NCBI GenBank assembly: GCA_014360645.1
Contig: JACIXD010000006.1
Location: 79,940 to 143,939, forward strand
Reading direction: 5' to 3'
DNA: 64,000 bases
From: Actinomycetota bacterium
GTDB taxonomy: Bacteria > Actinomycetota > Geothermincolia > Geothermincolales > RBG-13-55-18
Shown here: positions 60,640-64,000 of the stretch, piece by piece
Layout: each line of letters opens with the position of its first letter
How positions within the stretch are numbered: position 1 is the first letter of the stretch
Program-made: the position numbers and the translations under genes
The notes under the pieces: generated by a model
Told to the model about the DNA's origin: nothing
The model's input: the letters and a program-made list of their open reading frames with translations, nothing else
The model's database searches: none

Positions 60640-61407
60640 CTACCTTGCCTCCTGCAGCAGTCGCCTCCTGAAGACCAGCACCACCCCCGCTGCCAAGAAC
60701 GCCGCCGCGCTCAAGATCTGAAAGAAAAGGCTGCCCGAGGGCTTGGAGTGAAAGCGGAAGAACTCGTTCGCGAAGCGCGCCACGGCATAGAGCATGATGA
60801 AGGCGAGCATGGTCTCGCCCCGGTAGCGGAAACGCCTGTGTACCGCGAGAAGGATCACGAATATGGCGAGGTCCATGATGAGCTCGTAGATCTGGGTGGG
60901 GTGGACGGGGTTCGCGGGCATGCCCATGGTCCTCTGGGTCTGAAGGGGGAAGGTCACCGCCCAGGGCAGCCCGGAGGACTTGCCAAAACAACAGCCGTTG
61001 AGATAGCACCCCACTCTGGCCACCGCCAGCGCCGCCGGCACCGCGAGACCCCCGGAATCCAGGACCTCGCCGATGGAGAGGCCGCGGAACCTGACCACCG
61101 CGGCGGCGGCCGCGACGCCGAAGATGAAGCCGCCGTAGAAAACCAGCCCCTGCACGTTCCAGAACTTGAAGGCCTCCCACCAGGAGGACGAGAACTCGCT
61201 CCAGTGCCCGAGGACGTAGAAGACGCGCGCGCCGACGATCCCTCCCACCGCCGCCGCCAGCACCAGCTCGAAAACCACGTAGGCGTCCACGAAGCGGCGC
61301 CGCAGATACCAGAAGCTCACCAGCATCCCCACGATGAAGGCGAGGGCCAGGAAAAACCCGTAGGCGTGCACGGTCAGCGGTCCGATGCGGAAGAGCTCGG
61401 GTCTCAA
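60640..61407 (-). CDS. lgt: Prolipoprotein diacylglyceryl transferase
   Basis: YG, GAR.FYV, GLVFYGG, RVGCYLNGCCFG, HPTQIYE, EFFR. Confidence 0.92.
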   Translation of the reverse strand: MRPELFRIGPLTVHAYGFFLALAFIVGMLVSFWYLRRRFVDAYVVFELVLAAAVGGIVGARVFYVLGHWSEFSSSWWEAFKFWNVQGLVFYGGFIFGVAAAAAVVRFRGLSIGEVLDSGGLAVPAALAVARVGCYLNGCCFGKSSGLPWAVTFPLQTQRTMGMPANPVHPTQIYELIMDLAIFVILLAVHRRFRYRGETMLAFIMLYAVARFANEFFRFHSKPSGSLFFQILSAAAFLAAGVVLVFRRRLLQEAR

Positions 61408-61465
61408 GCGGATTTCCTCCTTCTTCCCGTGGATCCTTGAAGCCGCGGCATCCCGAGGGCGCGGG

Positions 61466-61969
61466 TCAAACGCCGCCCTTCTCCCTCTCCCTCCCCGGCC
61501 GCGTGCGCGACGTATCCATGATCACCGACAGCAGCACCATCCCCACCCCGACCACGATGGCGGTGTCCGCCAGGTTGAACACCGGCCAGAAACCCACGTC
61601 GATGAAATCCACCACCGCGCCCAGGGCGATCCTGTCGATGATGTTACCCACGGCCCCGCCCATTATCAAGCCCAGCCCGGCCTGGAACAGGCGCCCGCCC
61701 GGCCTCCCCCATCTCCAGAGCGCAAGGAGGAGAACCGCGAACACCGCGATGCTGGCCAGAAAAAGGGGCCATGACCTGCCCTGGATGATGCCGAAAGCGG
61801 TGCCGGGATTGCGCACCTGCCGCAGCTTGATAAAGGAGAGGGATACCACCCTTTCCCCCTGGGGCAGGAGGGCCCTCACCATCGCCTTGCTCGCCTGGTC
61901 GAGGGCCAGGGCCGCCAGAAAGGCGGCCGCCAGCGTCAGTGGGAGGCCTTTTCTTCCTTCTGCTTGCAC
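61466..61969 (-). CDS. lspA: Signal peptidase II
   Basis: DQASK, NPGTAFG, GGAVGNIIDR, VVDFID, FNLAD; start uncertain. Confidence 0.93.
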   Translation of the reverse strand: MQAEGRKGLPLTLAAAFLAALALDQASKAMVRALLPQGERVVSLSFIKLRQVRNPGTAFGIIQGRSWPLFLASIAVFAVLLLALWRWGRPGGRLFQAGLGLIMGGAVGNIIDRIALGAVVDFIDVGFWPVFNLADTAIVVGVGMVLLSVIMDTSRTRPGREREKGGV

Positions 61970-62310
61970 GGGATACAGAGGCTCGCGTAGGGCAGGGCCT
62001 GGAGCCTTTCCAGGGGGATGTCCGACCCGCAGGACACGCACTTGCCGTAGGTGCCCTCCTCTATGCGCTCGAGGGCCTCGTTGACCTTCTGCAGGATGTC
62101 CTTCACGTTCTCGGAGAGCGAGAGGTCCCTCTCCCTCTCGAAGGTCGCGGTGCCGCTCGCCGCGTAATCCTCCTCGAAAGGCATCTCGCCCGAGAACTCC
62201 GACTGCGAGGAGTGCAGGTTCCCCTCCTCCAGGTCGCGGTATTCCTTCTCTAGCGACGCCTTCTCCGCGAGAAGTATCTTCTTAAAAGCAGCCAGTTGCC
62301 TCTTGTTCAT
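61936..62310 (-). CDS. TraR/DksA C4-type zinc finger protein
   Basis: Coiled coil, ALERIEEGTYGKCVSC..ERLQALPYASLCIPC. Confidence 0.9.
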   Translation of the reverse strand: MNKRQLAAFKKILLAEKASLEKEYRDLEEGNLHSSQSEFSGEMPFEEDYAASGTATFERERDLSLSENVKDILQKVNEALERIEEGTYGKCVSCGSDIPLERLQALPYASLCIPCKQKEEKASH

Positions 62311-62608
62311 GCCGCTCCTCGTCGCCATGGCCTTCGTCCAAGCATTATCCCTATTATGCACGATTCTTTTTTTCGCACAAGTGCCGGAAGGGCGCCGATG
62401 GTCCGCGGGCAACAACCTCGTAAACCCCCGCGCAAACCGGCCTCCATCCAGGCTTTTGAGGATGGGACCGACAACCCGCTCATCCTGCCGGCGCAAGACG
62501 CCGGTCATCCCGGTGCCGGTCGGCGGCGTGTATGCGTTCTCTCCTCCGCCGGGCTTGGAGCGCATGATCCCTCGAGGTGGCGTCTCGGACCGGGCGAGGC
62601 GAGCCGGG

Positions 62609-64000
62609 TCATCCCTCCACTACCGCCAGGCAGCGGTCGCATATCTCAGGATGCGAGGGGTTCTCCCCCACCGTGGTGCGATAATTCCAGCAGCGGGCGC
62701 ACTTTTCTCCCGGCGCCCTTGCTACCTGCACCTCGACCTCGTCCCGACCCTCCTCCTCTACCACCTCCACCCTGGAGACGATGAAGAGGGTGGGGAGCAG
62801 GTCCAGCCTGGCGCGCAGCTCCGATGCGCGGCCGGGAGGCGCCAGCAGGCGCACCTCCGCCTCCAGAGAGGTCCCCATCTCCCTGGAGGCGCGCTTCTCT
62901 TCCAGGGATTTCGTCACCAGCTCCCGCACCTCGAGCAGCCGCGCGAACTCCTCCTCCAGCCCGGCGTCCTTCCATTCCGCGGGCGGTTCGGGCCACTCAG
63001 CAAGCTGCACGCTCTCCTCCTCCGTGCCCTTCAGGTTGGACCAGGCCTCCTCGGCGGTATGGCATAGCACGGGGGCCATGAGGCGCACGAGGTTGTCGAG
63101 GAGGTGAAAGATGGCCGTCTGCGCAGACCTTCTCTGGGGAGAAGCGGGCGCGAAGGTATAAAGACAGTCCTTGCGCATGTCCAGATAAAGGGCGCTGAGG
63201 TCCACGGCGCAGAAATTGTGCAGGGAATGATAGACCACGTGAAGCTGGTACTCCTCGTAAGCCCGGGTACAGCGCCGCACGAGGTCGTGCAGCCGGGAGA
63301 GTATCCACCTGTCCAGGTCCTCCATCACCGCTGTAGGCATGGCATGCTCGGCGGGGTTGAAATCGAATAGGTTCCCCAGCAGGAAACGCAGGGTGTTGCG
63401 GATCCTGCGGTAGGCCTCAACCAGGCGGTCGAAGATCTCCCGGGAGGCGGGGATGTCCACGGTGTAATCCGCCGCCGCCACCCACAGGCGCAGGATGTCG
63501 GCGCCGAGGGTATCGCAGATATCCATGGGGTTGATGACGTTCCCCAGGAGCTTGGACATCTTCCTGCCCTCGCCGTCCACGACGAAGCCGTGGGTGAGCA
63601 CGGAGCGGTAGGGAGGCGCGCCTCGCTTGCCCACCGCGGTGAGCATGGAGGTCTGGAACCAGCCACGGTGCTGGTCGCTCCCCTCCAGGTACATGTCGCT
63701 GGGCCAGGCGAGTCCCTCCCACTGCGTGAGCACCGCCTCGTGGCTTACACCGGACTCGAACCACACGTCCAGGATGTCCATCTCCTTGCGGAAACGCGTC
63801 GATCCGCACCCCGGACAGGAGAAACCGTCGCCCAGTATCTCCGACGGCTCCCGGCTGAACCACGCGTCCGCGCCTTCCTGGGCGATCAGCTCCTCCACCT
63901 TGCGCAGGGACTCGGGCGTGAACAGCTCTCCACCGCATTCCACGCAGTAAAAGGCGGGGATGGGGACCCCCCACGCCCGCTGGCGCGAGATGCACCAGTC
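62609..64000 (-). CDS. ileS: Isoleucine-tRNA ligase (5' end outside window)
   Basis: DWCISRQRAWGVPIP, EGSDQHRGWF, THGF, KMSK, C-terminal zinc finger CARC..CDRC. Confidence 0.97.
   Translation of the reverse strand, partial: DWCISRQRAWGVPIPAFYCVECGGELFTPESLRKVEELIAQEGADAWFSREPSEILGDGFSCPGCGSTRFRKEMDILDVWFESGVSHEAVLTQWEGLAWPSDMYLEGSDQHRGWFQTSMLTAVGKRGAPPYRSVLTHGFVVDGEGRKMSKLLGNVINPMDICDTLGADILRLWVAAADYTVDIPASREIFDRLVEAYRRIRNTLRFLLGNLFDFNPAEHAMPTAVMEDLDRWILSRLHDLVRRCTRAYEEYQLHVVYHSLHNFCAVDLSALYLDMRKDCLYTFAPASPQRRSAQTAIFHLLDNLVRLMAPVLCHTAEEAWSNLKGTEEESVQLAEWPEPPAEWKDAGLEEEFARLLEVRELVTKSLEEKRASREMGTSLEAEVRLLAPPGRASELRARLDLLPTLFIVSRVEVVEEEGRDEVEVQVARAPGEKCARCWNYRTTVGENPSHPEICDRCLAVVEG

Noticed and set aside
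60975-61020. Lgt signature with GCYLNGCC instead of GNFxNxE
   Set aside because: A known common variant of Lgt in many anaerobes; not unusual

Overview
High-GC bacterial core-genome segment. All but two of about 55 protein genes, plus tRNA-Leu(CAA), lie on the minus strand. In transcription order: ileS(partial)-dksA/traR-lspA-lgt-rluD, two paralogous small winged-helix genes, [divergent PD-(D/E)XK nuclease], dnaE-hisD-hisBHAF, a Liv-type ABC transporter, hisI, two zinc-ribbon membrane proteins, tRNA-Leu, polA-rpsA-coaE, [divergent small Cys-rich protein], HAD-uvrB-uvrA-uvrC-ogt-rapZ-whiA-gap-pgk-tpiA-secG-metK-def-fmt-rsmB, recA-recX-rny-GHKL ATPase-spoVS-DUF948-TIM barrel-miaB-amrB-amrA-miaA-dapF-dapL-hflX, and a GAF-GAF-GGDEF cyclase (partial). 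Actinobacterial synteny (polA-rpsA-coaE-uvrB; uvrC-rapZ-whiA-gap) combined with rny, spoVS and dapL suggests a deep-branching actinomycete, possibly Ca. Geothermincolia (inference only). I found no mobile elements, CRISPR arrays or defence islands. The most notable non-annotated signals are: (1) a TTGTC-N12-TAnnnT promoter motif with RecA-NDp/PafBC-like geometry shared by recA, polA and dnaE; (2) a structured, terminator-containing leader upstream of rny; (3) five short direct duplications at gene junctions, two of which create decoy uORFs copying the downstream N-terminus; (4) four genes that apparently need non-canonical start codons and two apparently leaderless genes; (5) a stand-alone MutL-like GHKL ATPase between rny and spoVS; (6) amrB and amrA in frame across a single UAG.
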